Source of the DNA: Takakia lepidozioides
Taxonomy: Eukaryota > Plantae > Bryophyta
Length of the DNA: 64,000 bases
Direction: 5' to 3'
NCBI GenBank assembly: GCA_030704615.1
Contig: CM060733.1
Coordinates: forward strand, 58,280,001-58,344,000
The position numbers and the translations under genes are program-made. Below the pieces are notes generated by a model, which saw nothing but the letters and a program-made list of their open reading frames with translations, was not told the DNA's origin and did not search any database. This document shows, piece after piece, positions 36,961 to 50,200 of the stretch (position 1 is the first letter of the stretch; every line of letters starts with the position of its first letter).

Positions 36961-39900
36961 CAGTAACGTTCTGATTTAGAAAGCAAGTACAACCTCAATA
37001 TGTTCAGACAAATTAGGAATGAAATATTGGTTCAATGTTCCAAAGATTTACCCTTAAAAAAGGTTACAAAATTTAAATATAGATACAAACCGTAACCTAA
37101 CGACATTTTCACAAGAGTAAAAGAGGTCCACTTATAGGTTTAATCTCGTCGTTTGCAGCACAATATTACACTCCCAAATGCCCAATAATATCTAGTACTA
37201 TATACAGTAGCGCTGGCTGGAATCCCACATGAAACAACAAATGACATCATTTGTTGAATTTTAGTAGGTGACCATATCGACATTCTTTACTTATTGTCTT
37301 TGGTTATGCTCATCCCTTAATGGGGGTTATGGTAACATGACATAAGCATACATAAAAGCTAGGAATTCATCAACCGCATCTTCGAACTCGCTGTATATAT
37401 TCATGTCGTGGTCATGATTGAATGGATGATTTACAGATATTTTAATGGCAAGTTTTTTTTCACAAGCTGCCTAAACCAAAATTGCAGCCACGGACGCATC
37501 ACTTTATTGGCCAACTGTGTTGCTACCTTTCTCATTTATCTTGTTTGAGTGGAGAGATTAACAACATCGTATATGAAATTACCGTTCTTTCGTACTAAAG
37601 TCTCTTTTCCATTAAATTTGGCAAATGATACCCTTGAAGGAGTTCCACAGAATATCAACCCTCCCAGATTGAGTCATGGTGTGTCAAATTAAGGTATGAA
37701 CCTGGGTGTGAAATTTCATAATACACAGAAATAATAATTTGGTTATATAAAATTTAATGATATTTAAAGTCCAGGCAAAAACATGTACTAGGGATGAGTC
37801 CAACATTATGATGAGAGATGTATTCAATAATTTTTCCTTGTTATTGCTATCTGGGCCACCAGATGAAATAGAACAGAAAATGACATAGATGGCAAGGAAT
37901 GAATCCTACCATCACATAAGGCTCATCCAAAATTGGTACTTACACTTAAATATGAGGTGATATAATACTCAAACAAACGCACAATTTGAGAAGCTCAGTC
38001 CGTTCTCAAGACTTTTCTACTGGGCGAAAAGACTTATAATTACCATTCTTTTATGATTGCAAATTAGATCCCTCAATCAGGGAACCGCACATAAAGTGTA
38101 TGATATAACAATTACCAATTAGAGTGCAAGGGAAAAAGATAATGGCAAGAAAGATTACCTTCCACGGGTGTCAGAAACCACATTTTGAAGCTTGTTCTGG
38201 CATATCCGCAAGACTTTGACATGGTTTCTCTACAAATAGAACAAAAACAACTAAGACAAAATCATAGTTTTTTTTGCCTCATAGATCACCTTTTATTTAC
38301 CCATGAGAATTTGACCTAAGTATAACAAGTTTTTCCAATGGGACATCATGTGTCGGGCTTGTCTGTGGAGTTCACAATAATGCTTGAAAGAATAACAATT
38401 GCAGCACATCTTAGGAATTGTAAGGACATAACTCACTAGAGTGCATTCGTCATATTCTTGTGGCCATAGATCAGAGGGGATTTGAAACATAGAACCCAGG
38501 GACCTTAATTTTGTGGAAGCAAAATTACTCTAAATACTATGATAACTACAATAATGGATTGGTAGCTTGCATGCTCCACAAAGGGACTGTTGTTTAACAT
38601 GAAGGGAAAATATATAAAGATCTCTTAAACAACAACATGAAGTCCAAGAAACTCCCAAGCTCTTTCTCTCTTGGTTGATTGCTTCCATGTGTCATAAGTG
38701 AAATTTTTTGTCATGTTGAAAGCTAAGATTTTGATGGAATCATTTCGATATTATAACATTGGTATGACATTGGTTCAAGCAAAGAAAGTCCATGGTGGAC
38801 GATCTGAACCGTAATCGTTGGCTGGTCGCTGCTCATTGCAGGCTAGATTTCGCAGCTCCCTCCACGTGTGTTACCTCTTGTAGTCTCTTCCTCTCTTACT
38901 CTACTCTTACTCACTCTTACTCTCATCTTCGATAGTTGGAGCACAAATGCAAGATGTTTAATTCTTGATGGCTGCCCAATGTGTCACATTTCTCTCTATC
39001 TTATGAGCTCTTCTAGAATGTACAACATACATATGTCAACTTCTTATGCGTCATATACCAAGCTTCACCTACTCTCATGGGATGGAATGACTCTCGTCTC
39101 ATCTAATTTAATGTTCTGTAGTACAAAGGTTTTGCAATACATCACATCCATGCCCTATTACGTCCAGCTCCACATAGTTGTTAACTACGGACTAAAGATC
39201 GAGGACAACAGACCTCATCCGTTGTTCTTTGGGGTCATGACCTTTGATAGTAGACAAGACACACCAGCGAGCATAGCTCGTAGGGGTACATATATTGTCA
39301 TGCCCTTCCTCTCATAGCCCATTAAATTTGGGGAATTTTGTTTTCATTGGCAATTTCCATGTGATTTGAAAAATAATTCGGATGTAGTTCAATTTTGATA
39401 GAGAGAGCACATAATCTTATCACCTTTTGTCAAATGTGATATGATCTTCCTCACTTTCCCTTGGGCGGTGTACCTCCTGGCGAGGTTACTATGAAAGAGA
39501 TTATTTTCTCTTCTAACTAAAAATAAATAAAAATGCCTAAGTTGTGACTGGTCGGTCCCGAGTGTTTCCCTTTAAACCAAAAAACATGGTGATTCAGAAG
39601 ATTTTCACTATAGGTATGCAAGTCTAGAGGTCGGGGTACTAAGAACAGAGATTGATTGCCTTCAATCCAACGTTAGAATCTGGGATATGCAATGGTGGAT
39701 TTGTGCATTTCTCTTTTTGCATTTATTGCCCATGGTAGTTGGGTATCCAAGCATATGGTACTAGGCAGCTCCAGAACAATCCAAGGCTCCAGCTGTGACT
39801 CTAGAGGTGTATCCCAACTCTTTATGGTCGGTGGGGAAACTATTAAGTTGGAATAGTGGGAAAACTATGACAATATATGATAGGCCCAGAAGATGTGCTA

Positions 39901-41342
39901 GCTCATGCACTCAAAACTTATTACAATGAGCACAAATACTCACAAATGTGGTCTCAGTTAGAAGACGCGTATAATTTGTCCTCCAATGTGCCACGAGTTC
40001 TTTTAGATATGTCAAAATCTTATCAATTTTACCATGCTACAAAAGTGGGTTGTTACCGTTATTTCATAATAACGGTACGGATTTGTAAGATCTGATGGAA
40101 ATGTATGGTTAGGTGCAGATGCTCAATAATATTGCGCGCAATTTCTTTGATGCTTTTGCATGCCAATAATGCGTGCAATATGCGGAGTTTGCAAATGATG
40201 TCCAAAACAATGTTGTGCTTGCTGCTGCTGTTTCGCTACTTCAAACTACAATCATGTCCACTCATATTCCAGATTTATCTTTTTAAAAAACAACATATTA
40301 CATCAAAACATTTCATGTTTTGTCCATACCCTTAATCCCAATAGTGGCTCTTAATTATGCTTGCTATGGCCAAGTCTTCTCTCTCAATCCAAGTATTATC
40401 TGCAAAATTGCAAAAATTTGAACCCAAGCCCACAAAAGCATATACCTAGCTTGCGGATCCTTGAAAACTCACATACTGTATAGAAAGTGAGCAATCTGGG
40501 TACGTTATGTAAATTAAAAAAACGTAATTCCATAGTAGAAGTTGGGAGAAAGTTATTGGAAGACAAAAATAGTCAGTTGTTGTTTTGGGCAGTTTCTTTA
40601 TCAGATTCCTTTTCCAAACCTTTTTTTGGGAGCGTCACATTATGCAGCAACAACCAAACATTTTTTAGTTGTGGATTTTTGGTAATGCTATTTGGGGAGG
40701 CGATTCACTGAAGGATGGGCAGCCAAAAATTTCAGTTGTTATTTTGCTACATGTCTAATCCATAAAAAATTGCAAGGGTATATATGTATATATATATTGC
40801 AAGGGGAAGTGGATATGTGGGCCCTTCATGCTGGTACGACGTAAAGGGAGCACATTCCATGTGTTGGACACTTGTAACCCGTGCAGCCGTGCAGCACAAC
40901 CCTCCCCTGAATGTGAGGCATTGGCTGACCGGCCCCATGACCTGCCCTAGCAAGTCAAAAATATTGATCCCCCCTTCTAAAAATGTCTCATTCAAGTTCC
41001 ACGCCATTCTCCTAATCCTCTTCTAGGGGGTCAGCCAGTGAAAAATCACCTACAAAACTGGCTAGAAATTTCCTTCAGAACAGCTGCCCTGCCCCTATTC
41101 TATACAAAACGGGTTTGGAGAACATGGAATCATCCCCAAAATAATCAATGAATGGGACACGTCAACCTCGTCTCGGTTCACCTGCAAAATGACCCTCATT
41201 TACGCTGACTCAAATGTGGTGGGGACAGGGCGGAGACTCTTCCCGTCTTTCTTTACTGATGAAATTTGTTGGAACTGATGGATGAGATTTCCCCCTGTCC
41301 ACGACTTTTCATTCAACCACAAAAGCTCCCAACTGCCGTAGT

Positions 41343-42042
41343 GGGATAGCCGGTTAGGCAGAAATTAATTCAAAAAAAAAAGTGCCTAATCAAAATAAAT
41401 TATTCTTGACAAGAGTGCCTAGTTTACAAAAATTTCTCTAAAAGTGCATATGGTATAAAAACTTGAATTTAAATTAGAAAAACGAATCTAAAAATGATAT
41501 TCATTTAAAAGGTCATCCATGGACTCAGTTTCCAATATTCATCCATGGCAGCGGCTGAGTTTTCATTTAAAACGTCATCCATGGACTCAGTTTCAAATTT
41601 TCATCCATGGCAACAGCTGTATTTTTATATTTTTGTGTTTTGTTTTTTAAAAATTATGAAAGGGATACACCTACCTGGGAGCGACAGCTCACAAATCAGG
41701 CCCCTTGATAGAGAGAGGAGAAAATAACCTCTCAGTAACCTCGCTGTAAGGCTTTCAGCTGCAACACCGCACAGGGGAGGGGGAGCAGAGCCTACCACAC
41801 CCGTCACAAGTAGCAGGATTTGACCCCAGGGTCATCCGGATGGCACTCAATGCACTTTACCAACTGAGCTACTGACTGTTGGAGTGTTTATATTTTGTGA
41901 TCATTTTTATTTTTAGTTGCCTAATTTGAAAAAATTAAACATCCAAGATGCCTAATTTTTTAAAAAATTCTCAAAAGTGCCTAACTGTCGAATGGCCCCA
42001 AAAAATAATTATTAGGCAGGCAAGTGCCTAACCGGCTATCCC
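41343..42042. mobile_element. MITE with a perfect 18-bp TIR in the SQS upstream region
   Basis: GGGATAGCCGGTTAGGCA (41343-41360) / TGCCTAACCGGCTATCCC (42025-42042); repeated TGCCTAA motifs; ~61-bp internal tandem duplication at 41500-41620; TSD ambiguous (TAG-like). Confidence 0.85.
41638..41884 (-). mobile_element. tRNA-derived SINE, full length, inserted in the MITE
   Basis: - strand: A box TAGCTCAGTTGGT, B-box-like GGGTCAAATCC, unique body, A-rich tail; flanked by TTTATATTTT(T)GTG direct repeats (41624-41637, 41887-41899). A second head copy lies at 12959. Confidence 0.8.
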
Positions 42043-42561
42043 TAGGGTACAAATGTAATCGTGTATTGCGCTCTACATCCATCCAGCAGATGTGGGTCCG
42101 TCCAAAAGTGAGTGCAGGAGCAGGCCATGTGGCACAGCTCGCGCTGCTCGTGGCATCGTGTAAGTAATGTTTCATTATCTTTGGATGATCTTGTCGTGCC
42201 TTATTTTAGTAGTCACGCTCTCTGCGTTTTTCACTGTTACTGGACCTTGCTTGGATCATCTTGGGGATGGCGAGAGCGATGGAGACAGAGACAGACAGGG
42301 AGGGATAGCATGCACAAAGGTAGAGTGTGAGTGTGAGTGTGGTGATGGAGGATGGAGCAATTCTGCTCCTGCTCCCACAAAGTCCGAGACCATCGCCATT
42401 AATATAGTAGGGAAGATGCTGAGGCAGCTTCCATTGAGAGAGATGACAAAAGACGAAAAGGCGAATGGTAACTAGATGCATACACAAGAGCCAAGAGCGT
42501 AAAGGCGGACACGGAATCTCAGACAGACACGGAGTAGCCAGGACTCGGGAATCTGCAAAAG

Positions 42562-44213
42562 ATGGGGATTATAGGTGCGCTGTTGAAGCATCCGGAAGAC
42601 TTGCTCGCTCTGTTGAAGCTGAAGATGGCATCAGTGGCGGCCAGTGGAGCCATTCCGTCGGATCCTAACTTGGCATTCTGCTACCAGATGTTGAGACGCG
42701 TCTCTCGCGGGTTCTCAGTTGTGATCCAGCAGCTCGACCCTGGTCTACGCAATGCGGTTGGTCCTTTCGTTCTGAACTTGTGCCACTCTATACTTCAAAT
42801 TCTAAATTTTTCTTTATTGTCTTTCAATTGATTGTCTTTAGTATGTGATCTCAATTTTGAAATTCGATGAATTGATTCTGAAATCGGTGATGAAAACACA
42901 TGTCCGATGGTGGATTGGACAGCTCCCCTCTGGTGGTGCAGTTTCATAAAAGTTAGTGCCGACGAGAAGTTGGAGTGCTACTACGGACGATCAATGGAAA
43001 GTAACCTGGCATGTGCCTTGTTCAAAGACATGCATCTCTAACAGTTTGGGGTTGCCCTGTTTCGGCACTAGTGAGAGCAAGTTCAATCACAGCCGAGAGC
43101 ATCAAGATCCTTCTTTCCGGTGTGATGCTAATGGCAGACCGAAACTAAAACATGATATCTTGGAACCAGTATATAAGCCACTCTCCTGTCAACGTGTGTT
43201 CCAGTGATGCCAGAGTAATTCTTGGTCATAGTTTTGATGATGATTATTATGAAGGTTTGCTGAGGAGCAGACTTGTACGAAGGGGCTTATTTTTCCATCT
43301 TTGTATTAGTGCCTCTACTGAAAGTGGATTTTCACCAATAATTATGCAGGCTTGCGTCTTTTACCTGGTGGTGCGGGCGCTTAATGCAGTTGGTGAGCTT
43401 TTGTTTCCTTTCATTTGAAATTAGAATTCCCTTGACTTTTGCAAAACACACTCACTGGGCTTGCTACATGTCATTCCAGTCAAATGCATAGAGGAGGTTG
43501 GGCAGTTATGGTCCTTAGCTTTGCATGTGCTTGTTGCAATCACAAATCAGCAACACCTAGTTCTATTCGATGTATCACGCAGGGTTACCTGTGAATGTGG
43601 TATGACAGTTGAGAGCCGAGTCCCCATTGGATACCAAAAACAACTCAGCTGACAGCTTCTGTATTGCTTCCATCCAGGCGATGCAATAGTTTACAGTGGA
43701 TTTGAGTGCAGATTTTGAAGAGCTGGCTTTTAAAAGCATGATGCTGATGTTAGTGCTGCTACTGTACAAGTGGCTGTGTTTGCATTGCCAGTCCCTTAAT
43801 TACAGGACATTGGGTACCACCTGGTTTATACAATAAAGAGAGGTGGAGGAGAGATATGGAAGTAGGCGTAGATGATAACACTCTAGGCCTCCAATATTGC
43901 AACCTCATTTATGAGGGTGCTCTTGTGTTCTAGAGTGCTCTTTACGAAAGCACTTAAAGCAGCAAGAAATGTTAGAGCTTTGGTCGTTGTCCTGAGACCT
44001 TGAAAACAGAGCAGAAAGATGTGCAGTGGTCTTTCCAATGCTTGTGAAGAGCTCCTCTCATTTTTAAAAAGAGGAACTATGAGAGAGACAGAATGTGCTC
44101 TTAAATGTTGTTTGCCTCGAGATTTTCAAAGTTGGTAAACAGAGGTACAGGAAATTCCCTTGATGGGACTGAAGAGGGCGTCTCTCTGGTGAGAGTACCC
44201 TGGACAAAGAATC

Positions 44214-44263
<50 letters not shown>

Positions 44264-47200
44264 CCTAAAAGGAAGGGATGTTGCATGAACAGAGGATGAC
44301 ATCAGCATTCCAGTGGATGCCAAGGTGCCGATTCTGAAGGAGTTTCACAAACACATCAATGATCCGTCATGGCATTTCTCCTGTAAGCTTCAACTAAACT
44401 TTCACTCAGTAATATGATTCAGGGATATGTACTGTACCATCAACAATTTTGATTGGGATGAATGAAATGAAGTGAAAAGTAAGCGATAAGCATGTACAAG
44501 AGAGTCTGTTGGCCCATAGGTCTTGGATAAAGCAATCCTGGACACCACAAACACCTTAGCCTTACTGAGATATACTATCTCTGGAATTTTTACAACAACT
44601 CACAGCAGCTGCAATCATATGACTAAGCATGGTTGTGTCTGTTTATGGATGTGAGGGTAGGCGGGATGAATGACTACAAGGATTTAATGGATAAATTCCA
44701 TTTTGTATCCCATGCCTTGTTAGGCCTTCCCAAAGGGTGTGTTTCCTTACCTATGCTCCTATCCATGTACGTGTCTGTCTAGTATGAGCACCTTGGTTAC
44801 TGATGTAGAGCCAAAAAGAGATTCCAGAGAGGCACTACAAGGTTCAAAGTATGTTATGTATACCTACACGACAGTGACTCACAAGTCCACAATCAAGTTC
44901 ACAATCCTTTGCCACTACACTAAAGAGGCAATTTCCTAGGCTCAACGTAGAAGATGATTTAATGGCAATGATCCAGTCTGCAGATGAGATTAGGCTTTGG
45001 GCCTAATAAACAACAATGCCTGGCAAGTTTAAACAGCAGTGTCATACGTGACCACCTTGCAAGCCCTTAGATTAAAAATTAAGGGGGGCGACCATATTTT
45101 TGTTATTGATTTCTCCTTGTTCAGAAAGAGCAAAATTGAAAGTTACATCTAAGCAGACAGAAGATTCTAAAATTGGTGTGCAGATACCAAGAAGTGATTG
45201 AAGAAATTGCAGAACGCATGGGAGATGGGATGGCTATTTTCATTGCTTCTGAGGTAGGTCTCTTTTCTTTCAATTGTACCTCTACTGCAATTGCCCCATG
45301 TACCTGTAAAAAGAGGTAAAAGAAGGACGCTGACTGGAAACAGCATAATCATGGGACCTCCATTCTGTATATGAGAAAGCTTAATCTGCTGATGAGTCTG
45401 TTTACAGGGATGAGAATTCGCCTCAGAGTAGAATGATGAGGTTTCTTACTGCACTCCTGCTATATCCTCTAGATGGAAATCGATTCGACAAATGTGTCTG
45501 GTTGCACTGCCAGAGAAGAACGAAAGAATGAAACTTCACAATATACACCGGGGCCCACAGAGTGAGAGAGAGCCAGAATTAAAGACAGTTAATAACTCCA
45601 CCAGGAGAGCAAGAAAGCAGAAAAAGACATCATCTATGGGATTACCTGAGGGCCAAATAAATGGGAGATGGAAAGAATGAGAGAGCAACTTTATAACGTC
45701 TGTGGGAAGTTCAAAGAGCTTATGGTACAACAGAAAGCAATAAACATGAAATTGGGTCCTCAACAAGCAGCCTAAAAACTCGGATTCAACATGAGAGATT
45801 CTCTGAAGAGATGGAGAGGGGGAGAGTTATTATGTGTACAGGGGGTTCCAAGGGCTAACAAAAGAGAAATAAAATGAAATGGTACTTTATAACGTCCGTG
45901 GAAAGCTCCTAGAGCTTATGGGACAAAATGGAAGAAAATATGAGAGAGGAAACAAAACCAGAGCCAAAAATAAAACTATTGCTTGAGAGAGGAGAGGAAG
46001 AAAGCAAAAAAGAAATATTATAATCTCTGCAGGAGCCAAAAACCTTGTGGGACATGCAGTATATGGAAGAACAATGAAGAAAACCGCTGAAGAGCAAGTG
46101 GAGGAGACAAAGAAGAAATAATTTAAATAGCTTATAAGAGCATTTCCTACCTTCTGCTCTAAATTCTGTTTTGTCCATGGCAGCCCCAGAGGACCATGGG
46201 ACACGATAGAACAGTGAGGGAGAGAGAAGGTGCTGGTTTCAAGGCATTTTTACTATATGATTGTACAGGTGGAGACAGTAGCCGACTACGACGAGTATTG
46301 TCACTATGTGGCGGGGCTTGTAGGGTTGGGTCAATCGCGTCTTTTTTACGCCGGAGGTCTTGAAGATTTTGCTCCTGACATTCTTTCCAACTCCATGGGA
46401 TTATTTATCCAGGTACTGCCTGGAAGTCTCTCTTACTTGTATAAAGAGTCATGCAATGCATTTGTTTCAGTTCACATTTTTCATACTGCTGGCTGATGTA
46501 AGCCAAATAGAAGGCTGAGTGGTCAATCCTTTTCTTCCAAGATGCACTGGACAAAATAAAGGCCAAATCATTTTGACAGCAGTTACGTTCTGCAAACTTT
46601 ATGTAATCCTCCACTTTTATGGACTCGGACCATGCTGGAAGGTGATGGCAGAAGGTTCACCGCCAACAACCTCTCTACATCATTCACCAGTCCAGGTTGA
46701 TCAAAAGTGGCTTGAAAGGGGTGACTTCTTGATATACACCTGGGCCTTTATAGGACAATTTTACGGTCTGAATGAGGCCAGCATTCAGCTAGTGCTGACT
46801 GTGGTTTCCTGCTTGATTATCTCACAGGTAGCTTTTTAAAGCCAGATTTTGGTGGTTTCACATTTATTGTTAGACTCCTTCACAATTATATTAAGGCACA
46901 ATGGGGTTTGATGCTTTCTTCTGCTTGCATGGCTTCAGAAAACAAATATCATTAGAGATTACCTGGAAGATATCAACAAATTGCCGGCGCCTCGCATGTT
47001 TTGGCCACGTGAAATCTGGGGCAAATATGCAAAGAAACTTGAGGTGGGTGCTTAACAGCCCTTTCTGTCATCCTGACGTCAAGTTTCTTTTTCTTCTTCT
47101 TTTCTGTTTCTCATGATCTATTTTGAAGTAGTTCTTGGTTTGTTTGACCCTTGTCCCATGGGCTCTTTTGGTCCTCTGTGGACGTAATAAAGTTTCTCAC

Positions 47201-50200
47201 TTTCTGTCTTTCTCCTCTCCTGTAGTTGTTTCGTATGTCTTGTGGATGGAAGAAATTTTGTTCTTCTTCCTTTTCCTTTTTCTACTTCTTTCTCTGACAT
47301 CAGAAGAGAACTTATGGAACGTGTGAGGAAATCAGCCAATCTTACAGCAAAACTGCACCTCTTTCTGGAGACATTCTTGGTCCTCCATGACGATAGAATC
47401 TTCCGGCCCAATTACCTGCCTGCAGCTCTATCCCCCTCTCTTCCAAGGGCATTAACAACATCTAATGAGTACATTCTTCTAAGGGCATTGGGGAGGTTCA
47501 GGGTGGGCTCCCACAGTCTGCAGATAGAGACTGGTAGGTGGGACAACCTTCAATGGGAGGACTGCGTATGCCCCGCTTGTGCTTGGAACAACAGGGGAAT
47601 CGAAGTGAAGAAGATTTCTTCTTTCACTGCCCTTTTCACTATGAGGTCCGTGGGGGATTCAATTGTCTCTTCCGTGATACCCAATCTCTTATCATTACGA
47701 GGATCAAAAGTGCTTGGCAGCTCACTGCATGCGGCATTGACTCGTAGACAATCCCTTGAGCAATAGTTGCTTTTGGGCTGCTTGTGGAGGGGCTTCCTGC
47801 GGACGTTGTAAAGTTCCATTTCATTTCATTTCATTTCTCTTATCCCATAAGCTCTTTGAGCTTTCCAAGTACGTTATGAAGTACACCATTTCACTTCATT
47901 TCTGACTGCAATCGTAAGCTGCTAAGATTTGATGTTGCCCTGATGGTTCCATTGTGCTTTTGCCCAACCTTGTTTGAAACAAATGAACTATTCACATTTA
48001 AGTGGATTAAGGGCAGTATTGTAATCCTCAATAGGGACATGGGGGAGAACCTGGTAACTATTGTGGATTCAGATCCTCATGTGCTGTAGGCAAGTGATTT
48101 TACTGTTCCCAATCAATACTCTCCAAACATTGTGCTTGAAGGTGAAGCAGGCTTTAGGCTTGTTCAGGAATGCTTTTTACTCACTATTTGTGTTTGTTAC
48201 TGTGCTAATGCAGTAGCTGTAGCCTTGCAGGACTTTAAATATGAAGAAAATGCAGAAGCAGCAGTGAAGTGCTTGAATCAGATGATTACAAATGCTCTGT
48301 CGCATGCAACTGATTGTCTTCAATACATGGCTGCCATTGATAACCCTGGAAATCTCGTCTTTTGTGCCATTCCACAGGTGAGAGAGAAGAAGCTAGTTAT
48401 AAACCTGTGCATGTTGTAGCCTTGTAGTCAGAGACCCGCCTTGTCTGTTGATCTAGCAGAAAGAAGGGCAGATGGAAGGGCTTGCATGAAAGGTGAGTAC
48501 TGATGCTGTAGCCTTCTGGCCTGTCTATTTTGGACAGAGCAGAAGTGGGGCAAAGGGGAAAGGGGAACAAGAGGACAGCAGAATGAGGGTGAGTAATGTT
48601 GCTGAAGGCTTGACTTGAGTAGACCTACCCTTGTAGATAAAGTTGGTTTCCAGAATAGCAGCTCTTTACCGCGGTAGTCTGAAGGGACATGAGATGACGT
48701 TTCTGTAGCCTTGTGGCTATAGACCCAAATAAGAGGGAACAGCCACTACCTTTGTGAGGAGCTCACTGAAGGAGTTACCTTGATTTTAAACAGTTCGTTC
48801 GGGCTTTCCAGATTTCCTCTAGAAAGCCCTTCACACAAGCATCACCTGCTGTGTTTGATCTGCCCAGCAGTAAGACCCCAACAGGACCAGGCTTTAGGCT
48901 CAGCTGTGAGATTTTGAATCTGAGAGGGATAAAGAGAGGTCTGGGGGGAGGAAGAACAAGTGGGATAGGATGAAAACGTTCTTGCAGTTTGTTGCCACTG
49001 AAAGGGGTTGATCACAGATAATGGCTATGGGTACGCTGGCTATGTGCTACAACAACATCCAAGTCTTCAGACGAGTAGTTGAGATCAGGCGTGGTAAGTG
49101 ACTACATGAAATGGAGCAGTTGGTTACTTGTTTTATGCACTTTACACTGAAATTTGTGCTCTTGGCCATGAGTGATGTACTCAGGAAACCAATTTTTTCT
49201 TATGCTGAAGTACAGATAAGCATGGTTTAACCGGCACTTTACTCCTAGAGACTATTTGTAACTTTCTGTAGTGTAACCTAGCAAAAAGAGATATGAGCTC
49301 TTGGAAAACTCTGCACAACATTCGAGTCATGATTAGCGTCAAGTGAATGTAGTCCTAATTATCGAGCATCTTCTTTGGTACGGGGTTGTATGGGGATCAG
49401 CCCTCACAATCATACCTAATTTTTCATGATCATGATCTATAAGGTTGGACACATCAAGTCATCGAAGTTCAGAATCAATTACATTTTAACACTATGAGCC
49501 AAACAATTGAAACCTGTACAATAGTCACTGATTATCAACTCCTTGGATTGCAGGGCTGACAGCAAAGATATTGGAGGTTAAGACGATGCAAGATGTATAT
49601 GGAGCTTTTCTTGACTTCTCTTCCATACTGGCTACCAAGGCATACTTCATGCTATCACTGTCTCCATATTTCATTTTATTCTCACCCTCCCTCTCCACCT
49701 TTTTTCTCTTCAGCATGACATGTAGTGCAACCACAGCCATGGCGGGTTTGTGTGAAGTCTCCCCACAGTCCTAAGTTGTCAATGCCAGCCATGGGGCTTA
49801 CACAAATTGGCCCTACTAAATGGTGCCGGAAGAGTGAGAAGGGGATAGACATATCAATCGAGTGCATTAGAATGTACTCATATGACGTTGTTTGCCGTTA
49901 GCCTCGTGGCCATAGACCCCGTGCCCAGTTTGGTCAGAACAAAAGGGAATGGAAAGACCTTTCTGAGGGGCTCACTCTGGTAGTGCGACTTTACCTTTAT
50001 AGACAATTAGTTCGGGATTTCCAGATATCCTCTAGAATGCCCTTCACACACGCAAATTAGACCCCAAGAGGGCCAGGGCTTTAGGCTCAACCTCAAGATT
50101 TTGAAAGTTGGTGAACAGAGGTGCAAGGACAATGTTCTTGATTGTCCTGAAGAGGGTCACTCTCTGGTGAGAATACCCTGGACAATGTATCAGAAAATGG

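Noticed and set aside
37000-40300. Genes in the short ORFs of this region
   Set aside because: No recognisable motifs; likely decayed TE interior. A translated database search would be needed.
41810-41882. Functional tRNA-Gly gene
   Set aside because: Acceptor and anticodon stems do not pair convincingly, the B box is altered, and the head continues into a body, tail and TSD, which fits a SINE.
42167-42475. 102-aa ORF with a hydrophobic N-terminus upstream of SQS
   Set aside because: Built partly from simple repeats, no recognisable domain, and lies in the expected promoter/5' UTR; at most a uORF.
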